In this document: positions 9,116 to 18,604 of the stretch, in pieces | Layout of the letters: each line of letters begins with the position of its first letter | How positions within the stretch are numbered: the first letter of the stretch is position 1 | Source of the DNA: an uncultured Acidobacteriaceae bacterium | GTDB lineage: Bacteria > Acidobacteriota > Terriglobia > Terriglobales > Acidobacteriaceae | Assembly (NCBI GenBank): GCA_963787495.1 | Contig: CAWBDA010000004.1 | Location: 166,015-230,014, forward strand | DNA length: 64,000 bases | Direction: 5' to 3' | Notes under the pieces: generated by a model | Told to the model about the DNA's origin: nothing | The model's input: the letters and a program-made list of their open reading frames with translations, nothing else | The model's database searches: none | Program-made: the position numbers and the translations under genes

Positions 9116-11260
9116 ATGAGTCAGGACTTTTCAGATACTCGACAACCCCGCGCTCCGCAGGACCGTCCTTCGAAAAATCTTGAACGCGAAGAATCTCAGC
9201 TTTGGCGATGGATTCTTTTGTTCATGGTCCTGCTGGCGGCGGGATTTGCCTACCTCGCCTGGGAGCGACTGGAAGCCCTGCCTTATCATCTGGGTCCGGC
9301 AGCTTTGGGTGTGCTGCTGTTGTCCGTGCTGCTCGCGGTTTACGCCTACGGGCGGCGGCGGGAAGTCGTCGAACTCAAGATGTTGCTTCAGGATTTGCAG
9401 GAGCATGTGGGAGCTGCTCCCTCGGAACAGCAACTCGATCAGCTCAACGAGATGATTGCGCGCTCGCAGCGCAGCTTTAAGGAGCTGATTGATTCCTTCG
9501 AAGATGCCGCTTGCGCCGTTTCGCTGGACGGCACCTTGCGCACGGTCAATAAGAGTGTGGCCGAACTGGTTGCGCTTCCCTTCACCGAGATCGTCGGAAA
9601 GAAGTTTTTCGAATTCCTGGAAGAACCAACCCGCGACAGCCTGGAATCTGGGCTCAGCCGGTTTCTGGAGAAGAGACACTGGACCGGTACAGTCCGAGTG
9701 CGTTTGAAAAACAACCCTCGGCCACATTTTTTTGAGTGCGTGCTCAATGCGATCGTCAAAAGCGGCGAGGTGGTTGGTGTCAGCGTGCTGGGACGGGATG
9801 TGACCGGGCAGCACGAAAAAGAGCTGCGTTTCACCGAACTTTTCGAGACTCTGCAGGAAGGCGCTTACTTCAGCACGCCAGAGGGCAGACTGCTGGACGC
9901 CAATCCCGCGCTGGTGAGCATTCTGGGATATGCGACGAAAGATGAGCTGCTGGCACTTGACCCGATCAAGCTGAATGTGAATCCGGCAGAAGAGCCCGTG
10001 CTGGGCCGTGCTCCTGACGATCGCGGCGGGGTGCGGGCGCGCGAGATTACGCTGCGCAAGAAGGATGGGACATCCGCGGTTTTCCTGGAGTCTTCGCGCG
10101 CCGTGTGGGACGCGGCCGGCAAGCTGATTCGTTACCAGGGCACGCTGGTCGACGTCACGGAACGGCGCAAGCTGGAGCGGCAACTGCTGCAGCAGGAGGA
10201 ATTCCGCCGGCATTTGCTGGAGGGCTTCCCCGACCTGATTCTCGTGATCGATCTGCAGCAGCGCTATACGTTTGTGAGTTCACGGGTGCGCGACCTGCTG
10301 GGGTACCAACCTGAGGATCTGTTGGGCAAGAAGATTTCTGAGACCGAGGATCATTCGCCCGAGCTGGTGGCACTGCACCACGACGTGGCTTCGGGCATCC
10401 GGATTTTTGGCGCAGCGGAATATGGTGCGCGGCACCGGGATGGCAGCTGGCGTACGATGCGCGCTTCTGCCAGCCAATTCTTTGACGCCGAATCCAAACC
10501 CGGCGGCGTAATCGTTTCCGTGCGCGACATCACGATGGAAAAGAAGCTCGAGCACCAGATCGTGCAGAGCGAGCGCCTGGCCGCCATGGGCGCGATGATT
10601 GGCGGCGTGGCCCATGAACTCAATAATCCTTTGACCAGCATTCTGGGGGTCAGCGAACTTCTGCAAGACAGTCAAACCACTGACGCCGCGCGTAAGCAAA
10701 TCGGTATTTTGCAACAGCAAGCTCGCCGCGCTGCTGAGATTGTTCATAACCTGACCTATTTCTCTAGGCCGCCGGCGCCCGGAAAAACTCCCGTAAACCT
10801 CGGGGAGATCGTCGAACGCACGCTCAATCTGCACGCCTACTCGCTGCGGAAAAACAACATCACCGTGGACTTCCTTCGCGAGCCCGGGTTGCCTTATGTG
10901 CAAGCCGACCCGCACCAGTTGATGCAAGTTTTCTTGAACTTGATTCTGAACGCGGAGCAGGCGATCCGCGAGGCACGCGACAAGGGAACGTTGCGCATTC
11001 GCCTCGGAAGCAGCGGGGAATCAGTCTGGGCCAGCTTTCACGATGATGGTCCGGGGATTCCCGGAGATATTCTGGGCAGTATCTTCGATCCCTTTTACAC
11101 TACGAAGCGGCCGGGGCGCGGAACCGGTTTGGGGCTCAGCATCTGCAAGGCAGTGATGAAGGAGCACAACGGAGCGATCGAAGCCGCGAATGCTCCTGGC
11201 GGGGGAGCGGTATTCACGGTGACGCTGCACACCGCGGCGGCTTCTGCTACTTCAAGCTAG
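9116..11260 (+). CDS. membrane PAS-domain sensor histidine kinase
   Basis: Two N-terminal TM segments, repeated PAS-like regions, H-box HELNNPLTSILG, and N/G boxes LNLILNAEQA, DDGPGI, GTGLGLSI. Confidence 0.85.
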   Translation: MSQDFSDTRQPRAPQDRPSKNLEREESQLWRWILLFMVLLAAGFAYLAWERLEALPYHLGPAALGVLLLSVLLAVYAYGRRREVVELKMLLQDLQEHVGAAPSEQQLDQLNEMIARSQRSFKELIDSFEDAACAVSLDGTLRTVNKSVAELVALPFTEIVGKKFFEFLEEPTRDSLESGLSRFLEKRHWTGTVRVRLKNNPRPHFFECVLNAIVKSGEVVGVSVLGRDVTGQHEKELRFTELFETLQEGAYFSTPEGRLLDANPALVSILGYATKDELLALDPIKLNVNPAEEPVLGRAPDDRGGVRAREITLRKKDGTSAVFLESSRAVWDAAGKLIRYQGTLVDVTERRKLERQLLQQEEFRRHLLEGFPDLILVIDLQQRYTFVSSRVRDLLGYQPEDLLGKKISETEDHSPELVALHHDVASGIRIFGAAEYGARHRDGSWRTMRASASQFFDAESKPGGVIVSVRDITMEKKLEHQIVQSERLAAMGAMIGGVAHELNNPLTSILGVSELLQDSQTTDAARKQIGILQQQARRAAEIVHNLTYFSRPPAPGKTPVNLGEIVERTLNLHAYSLRKNNITVDFLREPGLPYVQADPHQLMQVFLNLILNAEQAIREARDKGTLRIRLGSSGESVWASFHDDGPGIPGDILGSIFDPFYTTKRPGRGTGLGLSICKAVMKEHNGAIEAANAPGGGAVFTVTLHTAAASATSS

Positions 11261-11267
11261 CGGCATC

Positions 11268-12464
11268 CTAATCTCTTTCCACGGCCATAGCCACGGCATT
11301 GCCTCCGCCCAGGCACAGCGCGGCAATTCCACGTTTCACATTGCGGCGGGTCATTTCATAGATCAGAGTGACGAGCACACGCGCGCCACTGGCTCCGATG
11401 GGGTGTCCGATGGCGACTGCGCCGCCGTTCACATTCACTTTATTGGGATCGAGGCCAAGCTCGCGCATCACGCCCAAGGCCTGCACTGAGAAAGCTTCGT
11501 TCAGTTCGTAGAGATCAACGTCGTCCTTTTCCCATCCCGTCTTTTCCCAGATGGTGCGCACCGCGCCGACCGGAGCCATCATCACCCACTTGGGCTCGAC
11601 GCCGCTGGTAGCTTGCGCCACAATTCGAACCATGGGCTGGACTCCGAGTTCTTTCGCCCGTCGCGCGCTGGTCACCACCACAGCCGCCGCTCCGTCATTT
11701 ACTCCGGGAGCATTTCCGGCGGTCACGGTGCCATCTTTCTTGAACGCGGGCTTCAGCGAACGGAGGACTTCGATCGTCGTATCTTCACGCGGGGATTCGT
11801 CTTTCTCGAAGAGGACTGGGGCTTCGCCTTTTTTCTTCGCAGGAATCTCTACCGGGACAATCTGCGACTTGAAGCGGCACTCCTTCATGGCGGCGACTGC
11901 TTTGCGGTGAGAGTGCACGGCGAATTCATCCTGCTCTTCGCGCGTGATGCCATATTTTTCAGCCACGTTCTCGCCGGTGATTCCCATGTGGTAGTCGTTG
12001 TAAATATCCCAGAGGCCGTCGTGCACCATCGAATCGATCACTTTGCCGTTGCCGAGGCGGTATCCCCCACGGGCTTGCGGGAGCAGGTAGGGAGCGTTGG
12101 TCATCGATTCCATACCGCCCGCCACGACGATTGAGCTGTTTCCGGTCTGCACTGCTTGCGCTGCGAGAGCCACTGCTTTCAATCCTGAGCCACAAACTTT
12201 GTTGATTGTCATGGCACCTGTCGCCGGCGACAATCCTCCGAAAATTGCGGCCTGCCGCGCCGGATTTTGTCCTAAGCCGGCGGGAAGGACGTTGCCCATA
12301 ATGCATTCGTCGACTTGATCGGAGCTTAATCCGGCGCGCTTCACGGCCTCGCGCACCACGATCGCGCCGAGCTGTGGGGCACTCAAGTCGGTGAGACTGC
12401 CCTGGAACTTTCCCACTGCCGTACGACAACCGGAAATGATGACAACCTCATCGAAAGCCGCCAT
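11268..12464 (-). CDS. acetyl-CoA C-acetyltransferase (thiolase II)
   Basis: [11 protein letters not shown] active-site Cys region, [12 protein letters not shown], and C-terminal [13 protein letters not shown] thiolase signature. Confidence 0.93.
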   Translation of the reverse strand: MAAFDEVVIISGCRTAVGKFQGSLTDLSAPQLGAIVVREAVKRAGLSSDQVDECIMGNVLPAGLGQNPARQAAIFGGLSPATGAMTINKVCGSGLKAVALAAQAVQTGNSSIVVAGGMESMTNAPYLLPQARGGYRLGNGKVIDSMVHDGLWDIYNDYHMGITGENVAEKYGITREEQDEFAVHSHRKAVAAMKECRFKSQIVPVEIPAKKKGEAPVLFEKDESPREDTTIEVLRSLKPAFKKDGTVTAGNAPGVNDGAAAVVVTSARRAKELGVQPMVRIVAQATSGVEPKWVMMAPVGAVRTIWEKTGWEKDDVDLYELNEAFSVQALGVMRELGLDPNKVNVNGGAVAIGHPIGASGARVLVTLIYEMTRRNVKRGIAALCLGGGNAVAMAVERD

Positions 12465-12734
12465 TGATCATGCTCCCGCGAAGATTTCGCATTGTCATTA
12501 TAGATGCAGCAGGGCGCGAAAACGATGGGCTTCTGCGGACTGGTTGCGTTGCCTTTCGACCCATCGCACACAGACAAGCGAGAGACGCGCGGCAGATCAG
12601 TGCCGTCCTTTTCTCTTTTGCGAATGCATGCGCGGAGTGTGTTTTGAACGGAGCAACATTAGAATTTTCTGTTTTGCTCTCGTCTCTCCATGACTTTGGT
12701 ACAACACCGCCCGTTCGGTGCGTGCATTTTTTTC

Positions 12735-12763
12735 TTGACTTCATTTTTCATTAACTCTATACA
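12735..12763 (+). promoter_or_regulatory. sigma70-like promoter: TTGACT, 17 nt spacer, TATACA(AT)
   Basis: Near-consensus -35 (12735-12740) and -10 (12758-12763) with a 17-nt spacer, inside a conspicuously AT-rich stretch. Confidence 0.55.
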
Positions 12764-12830
12764 ATCAATTAGTTGCAACAAATGATCGTTGCAGATTTTT
12801 CCATGAACAATGGAAGGGAGAATAGAAACA

Positions 12831-12872
12831 ATGGCAACCAAGAAAAAGGCAAAAAAGAAAAAGAAGCATTAA
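12831..12872 (+). CDS. candidate 13-codon lysine-rich micro-ORF (MATKKKAKKKKKH), or part of a small RNA
   Basis: ATG 12831 is preceded by GGAAGGGAG (12812-12820) and the stop is TAA 12870-12872. It lies between the promoter at 12735 and the terminator at 12892. No homology evidence is available. Confidence 0.25.
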   Translation: MATKKKAKKKKKH

Positions 12873-12891
12873 GAAAGTCAGTACGAAGTCG

Positions 12892-12927
12892 AAAAAGGGG
12901 GACGCCGAAAGCGTCCCCTAAGTTTTT
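12892..12927. terminator. bidirectional rho-independent terminator
   Basis: AAAAA, GGGGACGC, CGAAA, GCGTCCCC, TAAGTTTTT: an 8-bp GC stem flanked by an A-run and a T-run. Lies 32 nt after the minus-strand helicase stop and 20 nt after the micro-ORF. Confidence 0.8.
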
Positions 12928-12958
12928 GTAGAGAATTTCGGCGTCCACTGACCGTCGA

Positions 12959-15913
12959 TCAGTCCTCGGCACTCTTCGCCGGAACGCGCTTTTCCTGAGC
13001 TGGGCACAATCCTCGGAACGCGCAGAAATTACAGTGAAAGCCGGGTTCTGGTTCGAAGTCGCCTGCAGCGATGCCACGCGCCACAGCTAGCACTCGGTCC
13101 CGCGCTCTCTCCAACTGGAACTCGGAGCGCCTTGAGAAAATGGGAACGTTGCCTTGGAGATTATGAAAGACGAGTGCGTCGGCGCGGTACCCCCACTTTT
13201 CGCGCGCGGCGATGGCGTAGATCGAGAGTTGGAGACTTTCGTCGGCATCCTCCTGCGAGCGGGCTTTGCCGGTCTTGTAGTCGACGATGTGTACGCTGTC
13301 ATGGGCGGCGCGGTCGATGCGGTCGATGCGGCCTGCAACCTTCGTGCCCGCGATCTGCACGTCGAACCATTCTTCGGTGTGCAGGACCTCGGGTGCAGGA
13401 GCTGAGCGCGTGCCGGCAAGAAAATCCTGCAACTGCCCCACCCCCTGCTTCAGGTACAGTTCGCGCTGATAGTTGTCCTGGATTCCAGAGGCAGCGAGGT
13501 CGTCACGAAAGAGTTGCAGCAGCTCTTCGTCACGCTTGCTCCGGCCAAGGCGCGCGGCCTCATAGTAAGTGCGAAGCACGCGGTGCATAGCTGCGCCGTA
13601 TTGCATGGCGGCGTGGACCTGTCGGGCCAGCTTCCATTCGCGTTCGAACTTGAACTGCAAAGGACAAGTCTCGTATGTTTCGACGGCGGTGGCGCTCAAC
13701 CTCGCGTCCAGCCCCTCGATTGGGGGGAGCGCAAGCCAGGCTGCGAGCCGGGAGCCCTGGGGATAAGCCGCGTCCGCTGCCGCGGCGATTTCTATCAGTT
13801 CGGGTTGCGAAGGGAGCGCCGCACGCGCCCTGAGCCAAGGTTGCAGGGACAGGTTGCCGATGAGTTCGCGCATCAGTCCGGCCGGAGTTTTGTCGCGGCC
13901 GATTCCCTGCTTTCCGTAAATGTGCAGGGAATCCCTGGCCCGGGTCATCGCCACATAAAAAAGCCGGCGTTCCTCCTGATCGTAAAGGGTCTTGTCATCG
14001 CTAGCAGTAGCCGAATCCGGATCGCGCAACTCGCGAGGAAACTCCACCAGAGTTTCCCGGTAACTGGCGGGGAACGAACCGCTGGTGGCGCGCAGGATGA
14101 AGACGTGTGCGAACTCCAACCCTTTGACTCCGTGAGCGGTCATCAGGTGCACGGCATCCTCGTCCTCTTTCGACGTCAACGGAATCACGCCGGCGGCTTC
14201 GCGAAAGTAATTCAGGTATTCGATCCATTCGCCCAGTTCCTTGGTCTTTGTGGTCGCCTTCTCTTCCCAAGCGGCGGCAAACTTCAGAGCGGCCTGCAGG
14301 ATTGCAGATTTTAGGTCAAGCTTGAACTGCCTTGCGATCAACTGTAGAGCAGCGTGTGTCTTAGCCTGCTTCTGGTTGACCTCGTCACGGGCCCGGCGCA
14401 CAGAGTCGAGCACTGCTCGACCACCAGCGACTTCGCCGAGCACGGAGGCCAGCGGGATCACCGCTCCCTCTTTCGATTCCCTGGCAATCGCGCGGAGAGT
14501 AGTGCGAAGTTGCTCCGGATCCACATCGAATTGAGGCAAGGCGGCTACTCGAAAAAGACTGGCATCGGCTGCCAGGTCGACCACCACCGCAACGCAGGCA
14601 AACAAATCCCGCACCTCGGGTGTGTCACTGACGTCCATGTTCTCGATGGAGAAAGGAATTTCCCGCTCGGCCAGTTGCTGGACAACGCTATCGCGATGGA
14701 CGTGCGAGCGGTACAGGACGCCGAAATCTTTCCATTTGCAACGCAAACGCCGCCGCGTCTCTTCGATGATGCGGGCCACGTCGGGCGCTTCCGCATCTCT
14801 GGCGGCAAAGGAGATGGCTTCCACGGGAAAGTTAACCAGCGCCTTCCCTTCTTGCCTCCCTTCTTCTTCCCGCGCCGACTGCAGAGGAGTCCGCCTGTAG
14901 GCAAATGCATCGCCCGCGCCAAACACCGGAGGGTTCTTGTCGACTACGGCAAAGGCACACTGCAGAATAGGCGTAGTCGAACGCCGGTTCTTGCCCAGCA
15001 CGACCAGCCTGGTCTGAGGAAAATGCCGGCGGAACAAATGAAACGCGGCGCTGGACGCACCGCGAAACCGGTAGATCGCCTGATCGGGATCTCCTACCCC
15101 GAAGACGTTTGCTTCAGCCCCCGCCAGTGCGGCCAGAACCTTGATCTGCGCAAAGTTGGCGTCCTGAAATTCGTCGACCAGAATGAAGCGGGCGCGGGCG
15201 CGCTCTGCGGCTCGCAGGCTCTCGTCGGTCGTCAACAACTCGCGCGCTCGCGTGATCATGTGGCCGAATGTGCCCAGATTCTCTTCGCGCAGCCACTTCT
15301 CTGTTGTGGCGAAAACGCGGGCGATTTCCTGGCAGCGCGCGATCACTTCGGCGTCGCTCAATTGATCCTTGGACTTTGCAACCCGGGGAACCGGGGTTTC
15401 GCCGCGCTCCAGCCGCGCAACGTACTCCGCGTACTGTTCCGGCGTTACCAGTTCGTCGTGACAGCGGCTGAGGAAGCCCAGCAAATCGTTGAGAAACTGC
15501 CCCACATTTGCTGCCCGGACGTAGTGCTCGAGATGAAGCTCGTGGATTCTCTTGCGCAGATAAATCCAAAGATCCTTTTCGTCGAGCACGCCAAACTTCT
15601 TCCCTGCGCGGATCAGCAGGCCATTGCAGTAGTCGTGGAAGGTCGCGGAATGAATCGGCTTGCCCAGTAGGGTGCGGACGCGATCGCGCATCTCTCCGGC
15701 GGCGGCCACCGTGTAGGTAAGGGCCAACACTTCTTCAGGCTTTGCGTGCCCCTGCACGACAAGGTGGGCGACTCGATGAATCAAAACCGAAGTTTTCCCG
15801 GTGCCAGCTCCGGCCACCACCAGCATCGCCCCGTGAACGTGCTCGATGGCCTCGCGCTGGCGATCGTCGGGGACGAACTGGGCAGGATAGGATTGCGATT
15901 TGGAGACAGCCAT
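12959..15913 (-). CDS. UvrD/PcrA-type helicase fused to a C-terminal PD-(D/E)XK nuclease domain (AddA-like)
   Basis: Walker A AGAGTGKTS, motif II VDEFQDAN, C-terminal IVDYKTGK and the CNFCAFRGLC cysteine cluster. Confidence 0.85.
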   Translation of the reverse strand: MAVSKSQSYPAQFVPDDRQREAIEHVHGAMLVVAGAGTGKTSVLIHRVAHLVVQGHAKPEEVLALTYTVAAAGEMRDRVRTLLGKPIHSATFHDYCNGLLIRAGKKFGVLDEKDLWIYLRKRIHELHLEHYVRAANVGQFLNDLLGFLSRCHDELVTPEQYAEYVARLERGETPVPRVAKSKDQLSDAEVIARCQEIARVFATTEKWLREENLGTFGHMITRARELLTTDESLRAAERARARFILVDEFQDANFAQIKVLAALAGAEANVFGVGDPDQAIYRFRGASSAAFHLFRRHFPQTRLVVLGKNRRSTTPILQCAFAVVDKNPPVFGAGDAFAYRRTPLQSAREEEGRQEGKALVNFPVEAISFAARDAEAPDVARIIEETRRRLRCKWKDFGVLYRSHVHRDSVVQQLAEREIPFSIENMDVSDTPEVRDLFACVAVVVDLAADASLFRVAALPQFDVDPEQLRTTLRAIARESKEGAVIPLASVLGEVAGGRAVLDSVRRARDEVNQKQAKTHAALQLIARQFKLDLKSAILQAALKFAAAWEEKATTKTKELGEWIEYLNYFREAAGVIPLTSKEDEDAVHLMTAHGVKGLEFAHVFILRATSGSFPASYRETLVEFPRELRDPDSATASDDKTLYDQEERRLFYVAMTRARDSLHIYGKQGIGRDKTPAGLMRELIGNLSLQPWLRARAALPSQPELIEIAAAADAAYPQGSRLAAWLALPPIEGLDARLSATAVETYETCPLQFKFEREWKLARQVHAAMQYGAAMHRVLRTYYEAARLGRSKRDEELLQLFRDDLAASGIQDNYQRELYLKQGVGQLQDFLAGTRSAPAPEVLHTEEWFDVQIAGTKVAGRIDRIDRAAHDSVHIVDYKTGKARSQEDADESLQLSIYAIAAREKWGYRADALVFHNLQGNVPIFSRRSEFQLERARDRVLAVARGIAAGDFEPEPGFHCNFCAFRGLCPAQEKRVPAKSAED

Positions 15914-15978
15914 TGCGGCTCAGAATACCACCACGATCAGAAGCGCAGGAAACGCGGCTCGGGAAACCCAAGAAGAAC

Positions 15979-16698
15979 TCAGATTGGGTACAGTGCGGAG
16001 GCCACAACGGTCGTCGCCGCGATCGCGGCTGTCTCGGCGCGCAGAATGGTGTTGCCGAGCGAGGCGGAAGTCCATCCGGATTGGCAAAATGATTGCAGTT
16101 CGCCTTCGGTCCAGCCGCCCTCGGGACCAACTGCCAGAACAATCTCCGCGTCGGCTGTTTTCGGTTTCACAACGTCCCGCAGCAAGGTTTGCTCTTCCGA
16201 TTCCGCGAGCACGATCCGCAAGGCTCGCGGCCAGCTCAGCGCCTCTGCCAGCCTGACCGGCATGGCAATCTCCGGCGGCGCGGCGCGGCGCGACTGTTCC
16301 GCCGCTTGCCGGGCGATGCGTTGCCATCGCTCCGCGCGTTTCACCGACGCGGCAGCCAGATGCGGGTCTGTGCGTCGTGCGATTACCGGCACAATCCGCG
16401 CGACGCCCAGCTCTGTGCACTTCTCGATCGCCCACTCCATGCGGTCAAACTTGAAGACCGCGAGAATCAGAGTGATCTCCGTCTGGTTCGATCGGGAGAT
16501 TTCTTCGCCTAACTCAAATTCGAGGCGGCCATCGCCTACAAAGGAAATTCGCCCGCGGCGCACGACACTGCCGGCTGCAATATCGAAATCCTGCCCGACG
16601 CGGGCTCGCAGCACGCGTACCAGATGATCCGCATGCTCGCCGATCAGGGCAGCGCGATCACCCGAGACTTCGTCAGCAATAAAACGACGGCGGGTCAT
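15979..16698 (-). CDS. rsmE: 16S rRNA (uracil1498-N3)-methyltransferase
   Basis: MTRRRFIAD N-terminus, VGPEGGWTEGE and NTILRAETAAI motifs typical of RsmE. Confidence 0.9.
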   Translation of the reverse strand: MTRRRFIADEVSGDRAALIGEHADHLVRVLRARVGQDFDIAAGSVVRRGRISFVGDGRLEFELGEEISRSNQTEITLILAVFKFDRMEWAIEKCTELGVARIVPVIARRTDPHLAAASVKRAERWQRIARQAAEQSRRAAPPEIAMPVRLAEALSWPRALRIVLAESEEQTLLRDVVKPKTADAEIVLAVGPEGGWTEGELQSFCQSGWTSASLGNTILRAETAAIAATTVVASALYPI

Positions 16699-16701
16699 TT
16701 G

Positions 16702-16829
16702 TCAGTTCTCAGTTCTCAGTTCTCAGTTCTCAGGAAAGCAAAACCCGGAGGCTCGGGGCTGTCAACTTTTGGGCAGGATGACCTTCGGGAAGGCTGAGCG
16801 ACTCTACTGAGAACTGAGAACTGGGAACT
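16702..16829. repeat. inverted heptad-repeat element, CAGTTCT family
   Basis: (TCAGTTC)x4 plus TCAG at 16702-16733. CTGAGAA CTGAGAA CTGGGAA CT at 16807-16829. The arms are complementary with a 73-nt spacer. Confidence 0.95.
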
Positions 16830-16834
16830 CCTCT

Positions 16835-17968
16835 TCACCCGAACATGTCTTTCACTTTGCCCAGCAGAGACCGCATCATCGGCTGATTGTCCACCTTCGC
16901 GGTCGTCTCGAGTTCCTGCAGCAGCTCTTTCTGGCGTTTGCTCAGCTTGCTCGGAATCTGCACCCGCACTTCCACGTAGAGATCGCCCTTGCCGTGTCCA
17001 TTCAACACGGGCACTCCCTTGTTGCGGACGCGAAACGTGGTGCCGGGCTGGGTTCCATCTGGAATCTTGAGCATATGCTCGCCTTCGAGAGCAGGCACGC
17101 GAATCTCCGTGCCCATGGCCGCTTGGGTCACCGATAGCGGGACAACGCAGTGCAGGTCATTCCCTTCCCGAACAAAAAATGGGTGCTCCTTCACATGCAG
17201 CACCAGGTATAGATCGCCCGCGGGCCCTCCGAAAGGTCCGGCTTCGCCGCCTCCCGTGAACCGGATGCGCGTGCCGTCTTCCACTCCCGCCGGAATCTTA
17301 GCGTCGACCGCTCGCTGCCGCAGAAGCCGGCCTTCGCCTTTGCACTTCGGGCAGGGATCGGTGATAACGCTGCCCGTTCCCTGGCAGGAAGGGCAAGTCC
17401 GCGCAATGCTGAAAAAGCCCTGCTGATACCGCACCTGACCGCGACCGGCGCACGAACGGCAGGTTGTAGGACCTTTCCCCGGCGCGGTTCCGGAGCCCTG
17501 GCAATCCTCGCAGGCTTCATGACGGCGCACCAGGATGTGCTTCTCCACGCCGAATGCAGCCTCTTCGAACTCGATGGTTAAGTCTTCGCGCAAATCCGCG
17601 CCGCGCTGCACCCGGCTGCGGCGGCGTCCACTACCTCCCAAGACATCACCAAAGCCGAAAAACTCGCCAAAGATTTCGCCCAGGTCCTGGAAAGGCGTGC
17701 CCTCGAAGCCCCCGCCCGAACTGGCTGCACTTCCCACTCCGGCATGGCCGTAGCGGTCGTAGAGCGACCGCTTCTCGGAGTCGGCCAGTATTGCATAGGC
17801 TTCCGTAACTTCCTTGAACCGCTCTTCCGCATCCGGATTGTTCGGATTCCGATCGGGATGGTACTGCATGGCAAGCTTGCGATAAGCGCTCTTCAGCTCC
17901 TGATCGCTCACCGTACGGCTCACCGACAATACTTCGTAATAATCGCGTTTTGCGTTCGTGGCCAGAAT
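16835..17968 (-). CDS. dnaJ: molecular chaperone DnaJ (start codon non-canonical, see findings)
   Basis: J domain with HPDRN and four CxxCxGxG repeats (CEDCQGSG, CRSCAGRG, CPSCQGTG, CPKCKGEG). The conserved KRDYYEVL lies upstream of the first ATG/GTG/TTG. Confidence 0.9.
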   Translation of the reverse strand: MLATNAKRDYYEVLSVSRTVSDQELKSAYRKLAMQYHPDRNPNNPDAEERFKEVTEAYAILADSEKRSLYDRYGHAGVGSAASSGGGFEGTPFQDLGEIFGEFFGFGDVLGGSGRRRSRVQRGADLREDLTIEFEEAAFGVEKHILVRRHEACEDCQGSGTAPGKGPTTCRSCAGRGQVRYQQGFFSIARTCPSCQGTGSVITDPCPKCKGEGRLLRQRAVDAKIPAGVEDGTRIRFTGGGEAGPFGGPAGDLYLVLHVKEHPFFVREGNDLHCVVPLSVTQAAMGTEIRVPALEGEHMLKIPDGTQPGTTFRVRNKGVPVLNGHGKGDLYVEVRVQIPSKLSKRQKELLQELETTAKVDNQPMMRSLLGKVKDMFG

Positions 17969-18019
17969 AGGCGCCTTTCTTCAATGAAAAAAACTTAAGA
18001 CACTCCAACCCATCGGAAC

Positions 18020-18598
18020 TTACTTCCCATGATTTCTGGCCACCTTCACCATCGCAGGCCGCAGTAGCCGGTCTTTGAACTTGTAGCCGCGCTGCAACTC
18101 CTCAACCACCTGATGATCGGGAGCTTCCGTGGTTTCCACCATTTCGACAGCTTCGTGGAATCGCGGATCAAACTCTTCGCCCTTCGACGCAATGGGATGC
18201 ACCGAAAGCTTGGCCAGCGCCGCCTGCAGCTGCTTGTAAATCAGTTCCACTCCGGCACGCAGTTCGGACGCATCCGACTTCACCTGCAGCGCGCGCTCCA
18301 GGCTATCCACCACCGGCAGCAAGGTCTTGATCGCATCTGCGACGGCGTAATCGCGAAACTCCTGCTGCTCCTTGCCGGCCCGACGGCGCGCATTTTCAAA
18401 CTCCGCTTGCGCGCGCGCCAGCCGGTCGAGCAGCGAATCGCGCTCCGCTTTCAGCTTCTGCAATTCCGATTCTGAGGCCGGAGAGTCCGCGCTCGCCGCC
18501 GCAACGCTGTCATCCCCATCTCCCGCAGTCAGTTCGTGATCCAGGTCCAGCGGAGCTTTCTCTACTTCTGACCTACCGTTTGCTTTAGCCATAAACAA
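18020..18598 (-). CDS. grpE: nucleotide exchange factor GrpE
   Basis: Coiled-coil N-terminal half and C-terminal FDPRFHEAVEMVET...VVEELQRGYKFKDRLLRPAMVKV. Confidence 0.9.
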   Translation of the reverse strand: MFMAKANGRSEVEKAPLDLDHELTAGDGDDSVAAASADSPASESELQKLKAERDSLLDRLARAQAEFENARRRAGKEQQEFRDYAVADAIKTLLPVVDSLERALQVKSDASELRAGVELIYKQLQAALAKLSVHPIASKGEEFDPRFHEAVEMVETTEAPDHQVVEELQRGYKFKDRLLRPAMVKVARNHGK

Positions 18599-18604
18599 CT
18601 GTGA

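Noticed and set aside
9131-10213. 360-aa ORF on the minus strand
   Set aside because: It is antisense to the PAS histidine kinase and has no recognisable motifs. It is a shadow ORF.
12803-12931. Alternative 42-codon ORF MNNGRENRNNGNQEKGKKEKEALRKSVRSRKRGTPKASPKFL in the AT-rich island
   Set aside because: It has no SD before its ATG, and it would have to be translated through the terminator hairpin. It is kept only as a less likely alternative to the 13-codon ORF or a non-coding RNA.
14354-15670. 438-aa ORF on the plus strand
   Set aside because: It is antisense to the UvrD-type helicase-nuclease, which has clear Walker A, motif II and nuclease motifs. It is a shadow ORF.
15746-16627. 293-aa ORF on the plus strand
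   Set aside because: It overlaps rsmE and the helicase start on the opposite strand. It is Arg/Ser/Ala-rich, and rsmE motifs are unambiguous on the minus strand.
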